Shown one piece after another: positions 48,513-56,945 of a DNA stretch of 64,000 nt. The DNA lies in NCBI GenBank assembly GCA_017408485.1, contig JAFQUM010000022.1, forward strand, positions 1,083 through 65,082. The letters run 5' to 3'. This DNA comes from Clostridia bacterium. GTDB taxonomy: Bacteria > Bacillota > Clostridia > Oscillospirales > Butyricicoccaceae. The position numbers and the translations under genes are program-made. Every line of letters starts with the position of its first letter. The stretch's first letter is position 1. The notes beneath the pieces were generated by a model. It was not told the origin of the DNA, did no database searches, and saw only the letters and a program-made list of their open reading frames with translations.

Positions 48513-49676
48513 ATGGGTAAAACAAGTATTATCTTTACGGGCGATATAGGCTTTGACAAGTATATGGACGGAAGATGGGCTGACGAAAGACTTTTCAGCA
48601 AGGAGCTGCTAAACTTTTTCTCCTCTGCAGACCACACTGTTGCCAATATAGAGGGCGCGGTCATAGATCCCGAAAGCGCCGCCGCTTCCAATGATGGCAG
48701 ACAGTGTTTTCACGCTATGCATCCCGATGCCGTAAATAAGCTGAGGGAGATCGGCGCAGATATATGGTGTATCGGCAACAATCATATTATGGATGCAGGT
48801 ACATTCGGACTTGAAAGCACTCTTAAGACCGCTGAAGCTATGGGCTGCCGCACCGTAGGCGCGGGCATCAATATTAATGATGCCTCCGCACCTATTTATC
48901 TTGATGAAGCGGGCGGCATAGGAATTATCAATGTATGCTACAGAGTAGACAATATGATGGCGGACGAAGACACGGCGGGTGTTTTTTCTTGGGATGATCT
49001 TGAGAGCATTGCTCAGCATATAAGTGAGATCAAAGCCCGTTGCCGTTGGTGTATTGTTATAGCTCACGGCGGCGAAGAGTTTGCGTGCTTACCCAATCCC
49101 TATACTCGCGATCGTTATATGCGCTATCTTGAATTGGGTGCGGATGTAATCGTGGGACATCACCCACATGTACCCGAAAACTACGAGCTTTTCCCCGACG
49201 GAAAAGCAATATTCTACTCACTGGGCAACTTCATCTTTGATACCGACTATCAAAGAGTGCACCTTTATACCGAGGCAGGTGTATTGCTCAAGCTCAGCTT
49301 TACCGAAGAGGCTTTTGACTTTGAAGCAGTAGGCATAAAGATCATTCGCGGCGATGAGCGTATAGATATTGCTCCCCTGCCCGATATTTTTACAAATATC
49401 CCCGCCGATGAGTATGAAAAGCTTTCTCCCCTTTCTGCAGCAGCCTTTGTGAAGGAATATAAAAAGACTATGATCTATATTTCCCCCGTCGATTTTGAAA
49501 ATGCCAGCGAAGAGCTGTGGAACAGTTTTCTTTTCAGCAACAGAACGGACGGCTTTGACAAGGGCACACATATGGACTTTTTTATAATTATTCCTTTCTC
49601 CCAAAAAGCAGAGAGAGATGAATGGAAAAGCAGCAGGCTCGACAAGGTAAAGGACTACATACTCAAGCTGCTGTGA
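48513..49676 (+). CDS. CapA/PgsA-family metallophosphoesterase-like protein
   Basis: FTGDIGFD, NIEG, GNNHIMD, AHGGEEF, GHHPHV. I chose the start at MGKTS. No signal peptide or TM helix is evident. Confidence 0.65.
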   Translation: MGKTSIIFTGDIGFDKYMDGRWADERLFSKELLNFFSSADHTVANIEGAVIDPESAAASNDGRQCFHAMHPDAVNKLREIGADIWCIGNNHIMDAGTFGLESTLKTAEAMGCRTVGAGININDASAPIYLDEAGGIGIINVCYRVDNMMADEDTAGVFSWDDLESIAQHISEIKARCRWCIVIAHGGEEFACLPNPYTRDRYMRYLELGADVIVGHHPHVPENYELFPDGKAIFYSLGNFIFDTDYQRVHLYTEAGVLLKLSFTEEAFDFEAVGIKIIRGDERIDIAPLPDIFTNIPADEYEKLSPLSAAAFVKEYKKTMIYISPVDFENASEELWNSFLFSNRTDGFDKGTHMDFFIIIPFSQKAERDEWKSSRLDKVKDYILKLL

Positions 49677-49845
49677 TACAAGGCATTAATGGTTGCATAT
49701 TATTTACAAGCGTTTTATATGCCGTATAGTTTTTGTTTATGCGCATCATTTGAAACTTGTATTAACTTTTTTTGCAAGATGTGATAAGATTGTATATATT
49801 ATAGCGATAATTAGGTATCGCATCAAACGAGAGGAGAAAATCAAT

Positions 49846-51579
49846 ATGAAGAAGATCCTTGCATTGCTTCTCGCTGCTATGATGCTTGTTGCCGCTTTTG
49901 CGGGCTGTGCAGCACAGAATAACAATGAGGCGTCAAAGCCATCGGGTTGGGTCAATGATTATTTCACCGCCCTGCCCACAACGCTGAACACCTTTGTTTC
50001 GGGAAACACTGAGGTCTATTATGTTGTAAGAGCAACATCTATCAACCTTTACCGCTCATATCTCACCGACTCAGCTGATTCTTATGAGTATCTGCCCGAG
50101 CTGGCATCTGAGCTTCCCATTCAGATGGACGAGGAAGGTAAGGTCTGGCAGATCAAGCTTCGTCAGGGACAAAAGTTCTCTAACGGACTTGAGATCACCG
50201 CCGATGATGTTTTGTATACATATGAGATGCTGCTTGATCCCAATCAGCTGAATGTAAAGGCAACACAGATCGCCAATGCCACATCTATCACCATTGTCAA
50301 TGCCGCCGCTTACTTTGCAGGCGAATGCTCTTGGGAAGATGTAGGTATGAAGAAGATCGATGATTACACCATCGAGATCACCAATGTCGAACCCACAACC
50401 CAGCTTAACGTTACCCGCACTATCGGTGTCGGCACAATCGTTTGCAAGGAGCTTTATAAGAGTCTGCTTGGCGATGACGGAACCTGGACCGGCTACGGTA
50501 TGACCGCCGATCAGTATGTCAGCTCCGGTGCTTTTATCCTTAAAGAGTGGATTCCCGATGCCAAGATCGTTTTAGAGCGCAACCCCGACTTTGTCTTTGC
50601 TGACAAGATCAAGATAGAGGGCATCACCTTTATTGCTATCCCCGATGCACAGACCGCTCTCGAGCTCTTCGTTAAGGGCGAGATAGATGCTGTTGATATC
50701 AGCTATGAGCATTGGGAAAACTATGCAGAAGACCCCCGCGTATATAACTACTACGACGACTCACTGATGTATATGTTCGTTAATATGGGTAACCCCAACC
50801 AGAACAATCTGCTTGGAAAGCTCAACTTCCGCGAAGCACTCTACTACGGTCTTGACCGTGTTGCCATCGGCAACGCAATTTCCGGTGAGCCTGTGACCCG
50901 TTATGTCCGTAAGGGTGTTATCGGTGATCCTGCTACAGGTACCGCTTATGTCAATATGCCCGGTGCAAATGACTTTATTGACGATCCCATGACAGTTTAT
51001 AACCCCACCAAGGCCAACGAGTTCTTTACAAAGGCTCTTGAAGAATGCAACCTGACCAGCGCAACCCTTGAGCTTATGTATTCTGAAGTTTCCACCCGTA
51101 CAAGATCCATTTGGGAAATGGCTCAGGTTCAGTGGAAGGATGTTTTCAATGGCAAGCTTCAGCCCACAATGAGATCTGTTCCCGCAGGACAGACAATTAC
51201 CCTCCGCCGTTGGAATCCCTCAAACCCCACCGCTTTTGAGATCACACTGGGCTCTATGCTTCCCGATGCTGACGATCCTTCACAGAGCTTCCACTGCTTC
51301 ACCTCTACCTATTCTCCCCCGAGATTTTACTACTCCAACCCCGAGTTTGATGCTCTGTATGATCAAGCCGTTTCTCGCGAGGTTCGTGCAGACAACGATA
51401 AGTTTATAGATATCTGCCAGAAGATGGAAAAAATCATTCTTGAAGACAGAGTTATCATCCCCGTATATGAGACAGTATCCAAGAAGCTGTTTGCTGACAA
51501 GATCGATCTTCCCACCGCAAACGATCAATATGTAACCTGCTACGGCTTTGGCTATCCCTACTACGTTTCTATTAAGTAA
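49846..51579 (+). CDS. ABC transporter substrate-binding lipoprotein, family 5 (peptide/nickel type), paralog 1
   Basis: The start at MKKILALLLAAMMLVAAFAGC gives a lipobox and follows a GAGGAGA RBS. Length and pattern fit an SBP_bac_5 protein. Confidence 0.75.
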   Translation: MKKILALLLAAMMLVAAFAGCAAQNNNEASKPSGWVNDYFTALPTTLNTFVSGNTEVYYVVRATSINLYRSYLTDSADSYEYLPELASELPIQMDEEGKVWQIKLRQGQKFSNGLEITADDVLYTYEMLLDPNQLNVKATQIANATSITIVNAAAYFAGECSWEDVGMKKIDDYTIEITNVEPTTQLNVTRTIGVGTIVCKELYKSLLGDDGTWTGYGMTADQYVSSGAFILKEWIPDAKIVLERNPDFVFADKIKIEGITFIAIPDAQTALELFVKGEIDAVDISYEHWENYAEDPRVYNYYDDSLMYMFVNMGNPNQNNLLGKLNFREALYYGLDRVAIGNAISGEPVTRYVRKGVIGDPATGTAYVNMPGANDFIDDPMTVYNPTKANEFFTKALEECNLTSATLELMYSEVSTRTRSIWEMAQVQWKDVFNGKLQPTMRSVPAGQTITLRRWNPSNPTAFEITLGSMLPDADDPSQSFHCFTSTYSPPRFYYSNPEFDALYDQAVSREVRADNDKFIDICQKMEKIILEDRVIIPVYETVSKKLFADKIDLPTANDQYVTCYGFGYPYYVSIK

Positions 51580-51590
51580 CAGAATATAAT

Positions 51591-51630
51591 AAAAGATCAG
51601 CCCGAGTGGTGCTCATTTGGGCTGATCTTT
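51591..51630 (+). terminator. terminator
   Basis: AAGATCAGCCC-N15-GGGCTGATCTT followed by a T-rich stretch. Confidence 0.55.
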
Positions 51631-51766
51631 ATATTTTGGGAACTATATTTATATTATCAAAAAAGTATTCAGTTATAAATTATGACTATTGAAAAAAAAC
51701 TTATATGATAGTATAATATTTACATTATACTGTGAATAATTCACAAATATGAAAGGAGACAAAACA

Positions 51767-53500
51767 ATGAAAAAAACACTGGCATTGGTTCTTGCTGCCA
51801 TGATGTTGATTGCCGCTTTTGCAGGCTGTTCATCTCAAAACGGCAGTAAAGACGGAAAACCCTCAGGTTGGGTAAATGACTATTTTACCACCCTTCCTAC
51901 AACTGTAAACGGATTTACCTCCACTAAGACAGAGGATCACACCATTATGAACCTGACCTCTATCAAGCTCTACCGTGAATACCTTAATGAGACCGGTGAT
52001 GCTTATGTTGGTCTTCCCGAATTGGCAGCAGAGCTGCCCGTTCAGCAGGACGAAGAGGGCAAGGTATGGAGAGTTACACTCCGTAAGGGCTGCAAGTTTA
52101 TGGATGGTAAAGAGATCACCGCTGATGATATTATCTTTACCTATCAGATGCTGCTTGACCCCGAACAGATCAATGTTCAAGCAACCAATACCATCAACTC
52201 TTCTCAGTTTGCTCTTGCAGGCTCCGGCCCCTACTTTGAGGGCGAGGGCTCTTGGGATGATGTTGGTATAAAGAAGATCGACGATTATACCCTTGATTTC
52301 TATTCCACCAGACCTGTTACTCAGCTTCAGGCAAGACGCGGTATCGGTGCAGGCACCGTTCTTCACAAAGAAACCTTCCTTAGGACCCTGAGCGAAGATA
52401 AGTCTTACACCGCCTATGGTACTGATATTGATCAATATGTTTCTTCCGGTCCTTTCTATATTAAAGAATGGATCCCCGATGCCAAAATCGTTTTAGCGCG
52501 TAACCCCGACTTTATTTATGCTGACAAGATCAAGATAGAGGGCATAAACTTTGTCGCTATCCCCGATGCACAGACCGCTCTTGAGCTGTTCATTAAGGGT
52601 GATATCGATGCTGTTGATATCAGCTACGAGCATTGGCAGACCTACGAGGAAGACCCCCGCGTACATAACTTCTATGATGACTCGCTGATGTATATGTTCA
52701 TCAATCTGGGCAACCCCAATCAGAACAACCTGCTTGGCAAGCTCAACTTCCGTGAAGCTTTGTACTACGGCATCGACCGCGTTACCATCACCAATGCAGT
52801 AGGCGGCGAGCCCACAGCACGTTATGTCCGTAAGGCTGTTGTCGGTGACTTGACCAACGGTACTCCCTTTGTTGAGATGCCCGGCTCTAACGACTATATC
52901 GACGATCCTACAAAGATATATCAGCCCGCAAAGGCTAATGAGTTCTTCCTTAAGGCTCTTGAAGAATGTAATCTTACAAGCGCAACTATGGAGCTTATGT
53001 ATTCTGAGACAGCAACCCGCTCCCGCGCTATCTTCGAAATGATGATGGTTATGCTTGAAGAGAACTTTAACAATAAGCTTGATGTAAGTATGCGCTCTGT
53101 TCCCGCAGGTCAGACCATCACCCTCCGCCGTTGGGATCCTTCTAACCCCACCTCTTTCGAGACAACGATGGGTTCACTGCTTCCCTCCGCTGACGAGCCT
53201 ACTGCAAGCTTTAACTTCTTCATCTCCAGCTATTCTCCCCCAAGATTTAAGTATTCCGATGCAGAATTTGATGCTATGTATGAGCAGTCCATCTCCCTTG
53301 AGGCAAACCTGAACAACGATCTCAAGATCGAGCTTTGCCAGAAGATGGAAAACAAGATCTTAAAGGAGCGCATCATTGTTCCCGTATACGAGACCGAAAG
53401 CAAGAAGCTCTTCGCTGACAAGATCGTTCTTCCCACTAAGGATCAGCAGTACATCACCGGCTACGGCTTTGGCTACCCCGCATTTGTTTCTGTTAAGTAA
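51767..53500 (+). CDS. ABC transporter substrate-binding lipoprotein, family 5, paralog 2
   Basis: Starts MKKTLALVLAAMMLIAAFAGC. It aligns with paralog 1 over its whole length. Confidence 0.75.
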   Translation: MKKTLALVLAAMMLIAAFAGCSSQNGSKDGKPSGWVNDYFTTLPTTVNGFTSTKTEDHTIMNLTSIKLYREYLNETGDAYVGLPELAAELPVQQDEEGKVWRVTLRKGCKFMDGKEITADDIIFTYQMLLDPEQINVQATNTINSSQFALAGSGPYFEGEGSWDDVGIKKIDDYTLDFYSTRPVTQLQARRGIGAGTVLHKETFLRTLSEDKSYTAYGTDIDQYVSSGPFYIKEWIPDAKIVLARNPDFIYADKIKIEGINFVAIPDAQTALELFIKGDIDAVDISYEHWQTYEEDPRVHNFYDDSLMYMFINLGNPNQNNLLGKLNFREALYYGIDRVTITNAVGGEPTARYVRKAVVGDLTNGTPFVEMPGSNDYIDDPTKIYQPAKANEFFLKALEECNLTSATMELMYSETATRSRAIFEMMMVMLEENFNNKLDVSMRSVPAGQTITLRRWDPSNPTSFETTMGSLLPSADEPTASFNFFISSYSPPRFKYSDAEFDAMYEQSISLEANLNNDLKIELCQKMENKILKERIIVPVYETESKKLFADKIVLPTKDQQYITGYGFGYPAFVSVK

Positions 53501-53518
53501 TAAAAACCTGATAACTGC

Positions 53519-53555
53519 AAAACACCTCAGTCTGTTTCGGACTGAGGTGTTTTTA
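53519..53555. terminator. bidirectional terminator
   Basis: AAAACACCTCAGTC-tgtttcg-GACTGAGGTGTTTT. Confidence 0.75.
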
Positions 53556-53618
53556 TAGTGTCAAAAAACTACAACCATCAAAATGCAAAAATTAACTGGC
53601 GTTTTCTATTTACAGTTT

Positions 53619-54944
53619 TCACCTTTTACCGCTACCGCCGCATGCTCTGCATTTTCCGCTGCCTCGACAGGTATTGCATTTTGTCTTATAACCGCCGTAA
53701 TAATCGACTCCGCTACCGCCGCAGCTGTTGCAATCTCCGTCGCCCTTGCAAGTCAGACAGTTGAGCTTTGAATGCTCCGGAATGTCCGGCGTCTCATGAT
53801 CCGGCACTCCTGAGTGTCCTCCGTTATCACCGCTTGAAGGATCTTCCGACTCTTCCGTATATGCTTCGGACGTTTCTTCAAGGCAGAAGGTCGCGGCAAT
53901 CAAACCCTCCACGGTATATTTTTCATTTTCGCCATTTTCAAACTCTCCATAAAAATACACTACAGATTCATCCTTGCCTTCTCGGTCAAGCAGCAAAGGT
54001 CTTACAGTCAGGCATAAAGCGCTGTTTTCATCAAAAGTGCGAGAATTATGATCAAGCTCAAATCGCCAATAACTGTCGGCAAGAAAATCTGCCAAATTAT
54101 AAACCTTCCCGACTTCAAGCATTTCATGCTCCCATGCTATATGGACTATTTGTATATCATCGCTGTCATAGACAGAGATCATATCGGTTACGGAACTGTC
54201 AGAATCGGGATAATCAGCAATGAGAGAATAGTAATTTTCACTTTCACCGCCATTTATGATCAAGCAGCAGGCACCCTTTTTTCCATAAAAGCCCCGAGCA
54301 GTACTGCTTGACGGTTTTGTATAAATATATGTCATTTTTCGTTTCATACCGGCGCGTACCGACAGTTCTCGGTCAGATGAATTGTAGTACTGTTTTCCGT
54401 TATATTTAAACTCATCGGCAGCATATTTTCCATTAATTGCTTGCCGTTCTTTTTCACCGTTGAACCTGAACCCAAGGTCACCAAAGGTATATTTATCATT
54501 TTTCAGAGTAACATTCATCCAATCGCCGGTGGCGGTAGTTGACGAAGCATAAACGTGCTGAACATAAATGTCATACCCTTCTCCATTCTCACCTGTTTGT
54601 TTATGGTTATCGGGATGTACAAAATAGTATTCATTATATACATAGCCAGGGTCTTCATAAAAAAGTTCAAAGCCGTAGACCTCGGTAAGCAATTTTATAT
54701 ATGCCTCTGCTCCCGATGAATACACTCGTTCAACTGTTTGGTTGACTGAGTTCCCATTCTTCACCTGTTTCAGAAAAAACGCAGCCGGTTGCTGTATGAT
54801 ATTCATATCGCGGGATGTATCAGTTATAGGCTCGGCAACTATCCTCGGTGTTATATATCCATCGTCCTCTTCTTCACCGCAAGCAACAAGGATAATGCAA
54901 AAGCTCAAAATCAAAGTCACCGCAATAAGCCTTTTGATCTCCAA
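53619..54944 (-). CDS. hypothetical lipoprotein with a C-terminal DnaJ-type zinc-finger module (4 x CxxCxGxG)
   Basis: I prefer the TTG start at 54944, which follows GGGAGAGG and gives MEIKRLIAVTLILSFCIILVAC (lipobox). The C-terminus reads CLTCKGDGDCNSCGGSG...CNTCRGSGKCRACGGSG. Confidence 0.6.
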   Translation of the reverse strand: MEIKRLIAVTLILSFCIILVACGEEEDDGYITPRIVAEPITDTSRDMNIIQQPAAFFLKQVKNGNSVNQTVERVYSSGAEAYIKLLTEVYGFELFYEDPGYVYNEYYFVHPDNHKQTGENGEGYDIYVQHVYASSTTATGDWMNVTLKNDKYTFGDLGFRFNGEKERQAINGKYAADEFKYNGKQYYNSSDRELSVRAGMKRKMTYIYTKPSSSTARGFYGKKGACCLIINGGESENYYSLIADYPDSDSSVTDMISVYDSDDIQIVHIAWEHEMLEVGKVYNLADFLADSYWRFELDHNSRTFDENSALCLTVRPLLLDREGKDESVVYFYGEFENGENEKYTVEGLIAATFCLEETSEAYTEESEDPSSGDNGGHSGVPDHETPDIPEHSKLNCLTCKGDGDCNSCGGSGVDYYGGYKTKCNTCRGSGKCRACGGSGKR

Positions 54945-54999
54945 TCGTATCCTCTCCCTATACAAAAAGAGTACCTAACGGTACTCTTTAGTATTTTTA

Positions 55000-56025
55000 T
55001 CAGTTAAGTATCTGACGGCGGCGGGCAAGATTCATTGTGCCGTCCTGCATAGAAGCGATACTGTCGAGAGCCTTACCTGTACCATAGGATACGCAGGAAA
55101 TAGCATCATCGGCTACGCGGGTGGCAATGCCCGTCTTCATCTCAATAAGCTTATCAAAGCCGTAAAGCAGACTTCCTCCACCGGTCATAACGATTCCGTT
55201 GGTGGCAATATCGCCAACCAGCTCGGGAGCGGTGGTTTCAAGCACACTGTGAACTGCTTCAACGATCTTAGAAGCGGTCTCCTCCAAAGCCTCCAGCATT
55301 TCGTCGCTGGTGACAGTAAATGTACGGGGCAGACCTGTCATCAGGCAACGGCCCTTGACTTCCATCTCCTTGGTTTCGGGGTACTGATAAACACAACCGA
55401 TGCTCATCTTGATCTCTTCTGCGGTACGCTCACCAATAACCACATTATGCTTGCGGCGTATGTACTTGACGATTGCTTCGTCGAACTTGTCGCCCGCAAC
55501 CTTGATGGATGCAGAGTCAACAATGCTTCCCAAAGAAATAACAGCTATATCAGCAGTACCGCCGCCGATATCAACTATCATATTTCCGTTAGGCTGGGCA
55601 ATATCAATGCCTGCACCGATAGCTGCGGCAACAGGCTCTTCAATGAGAAATACACGCTTTGCGCCTGCCTGAGTACCTGCGTCGATAACCGCTCTTTCTT
55701 CAACTTCGGTAATAACGCTGGGGATGCAGATAACAAGATTAGGTCTGAAAAGGCGGAAGCCCAAAGCCTTCTTTATAAACTCCTTGATCATCTTTTCGGT
55801 CATTTCGTAATCGGAAATAACACCATCTCTCAAGGGTCTGACTGCAATTATATTACCGGGAGTTCTGCCGAGCATTTTTTGTGCATCTGCACCTACTGCC
55901 AGGATCCTTCCGGATATCTTGTCCACGGCAACGACCGAAGGCTCACAAAGAACTATTCCCTTGCCCTTTACAAAAACAAGAACCGACGCTGTACCGAGGT
56001 CTATACCAATATCACCTTTGGACAC
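55000..56025 (-). CDS. mreB: rod shape-determining protein MreB/Mbl
   Basis: DIGIDLGTASVLV..., GGGTADIAV, VMTGGGSLL. GTG start after AAGGAGTG. Confidence 0.92.
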   Translation of the reverse strand: MSKGDIGIDLGTASVLVFVKGKGIVLCEPSVVAVDKISGRILAVGADAQKMLGRTPGNIIAVRPLRDGVISDYEMTEKMIKEFIKKALGFRLFRPNLVICIPSVITEVEERAVIDAGTQAGAKRVFLIEEPVAAAIGAGIDIAQPNGNMIVDIGGGTADIAVISLGSIVDSASIKVAGDKFDEAIVKYIRRKHNVVIGERTAEEIKMSIGCVYQYPETKEMEVKGRCLMTGLPRTFTVTSDEMLEALEETASKIVEAVHSVLETTAPELVGDIATNGIVMTGGGSLLYGFDKLIEMKTGIATRVADDAISCVSYGTGKALDSIASMQDGTMNLARRRQILN

Positions 56026-56204
56026 GCGACTACACTCCTTCCGTATTTAAAAAAATAATTATTTTTTCAGTGTACATTTTATTATATAGTATAGGTTTTC
56101 ATTTTTCAACTACAAAAAGCAGATATTTTTGTTACTTTTTCACTTGTTGATTTTTGATAAGAAAATACTTATAATAAAAGAAAGAAATAACTGTGGAGGT
56201 GCTT

Positions 56205-56903
56205 ATGAAAAAATCTTTAATAACCATATTGGTTCTGCTTTTGCTGATTCTTTCTGCCTGCACAGCAGAGGGTGAGCAAGCTGCCGAGATTCCCGAAAAA
56301 GACGAAGCTTCCATCGAGCCCGTTGCGCCTTCCACTCCCGATACTGTGCCCAATGCAACCGATACAAGTCCTGCGGATATACCCTCCACCCCATCGGACA
56401 CCGATAGCGATAGCTCCCTCGTTCCCTCCTCACCCTCTAACATTGCCAATCTCAGCAAAATATATTCCGTTGCAAATGAAGTCGGGCAAGCTGCCGAAAG
56501 CTCTTGCAGACAGTGGATGGATTCATTGGGCGGATTGCCCGGTTTTACCATAAGCGGAAAATATGACACTCAAAGCGGAAATTATATACTCAGCGACGGT
56601 ATGGGAGGTTTTGAGGCTATCGAAAAAATATATGTCTGCAACCTCAATATTACTGTTCAGTTCCGCGATTATGTAATGCTTCACAAATGGATGACCGACA
56701 TACCCGATTATATTGCCATAAACTCAAGCAAGGTGCAGGGTGTGACTCCCGATGGATATGAGTATACCTCTACGGTTTACGCTCATTCCTTCAATGGCAT
56801 AGGAGAGCTTGCCACCGACAACGGAAGGATAACATTAACCTTTACATTTGATAAGCCTATCATTATTGATGATTTTTATATTTCTTGCGGCAAGGTAGAC
56901 TGA
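56205..56903 (+). CDS. hypothetical lipoprotein
   Basis: MKKSLITILVLLLLILSAC gives a lipobox, followed by a Pro/Ser/Thr-rich linker. I recognise no family. Confidence 0.55.
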   Translation: MKKSLITILVLLLLILSACTAEGEQAAEIPEKDEASIEPVAPSTPDTVPNATDTSPADIPSTPSDTDSDSSLVPSSPSNIANLSKIYSVANEVGQAAESSCRQWMDSLGGLPGFTISGKYDTQSGNYILSDGMGGFEAIEKIYVCNLNITVQFRDYVMLHKWMTDIPDYIAINSSKVQGVTPDGYEYTSTVYAHSFNGIGELATDNGRITLTFTFDKPIIIDDFYISCGKVD

Positions 56904-56914
56904 AATGCAATAAG

Positions 56915-56942
56915 TAAGCCTCGGTGTTTCCACCGAGGCTTT
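56915..56942. terminator. bidirectional terminator
   Basis: AAGCCTCGGTG-tttc-CACCGAGGCTT. Confidence 0.7.
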
Positions 56943-56945
56943 GTT

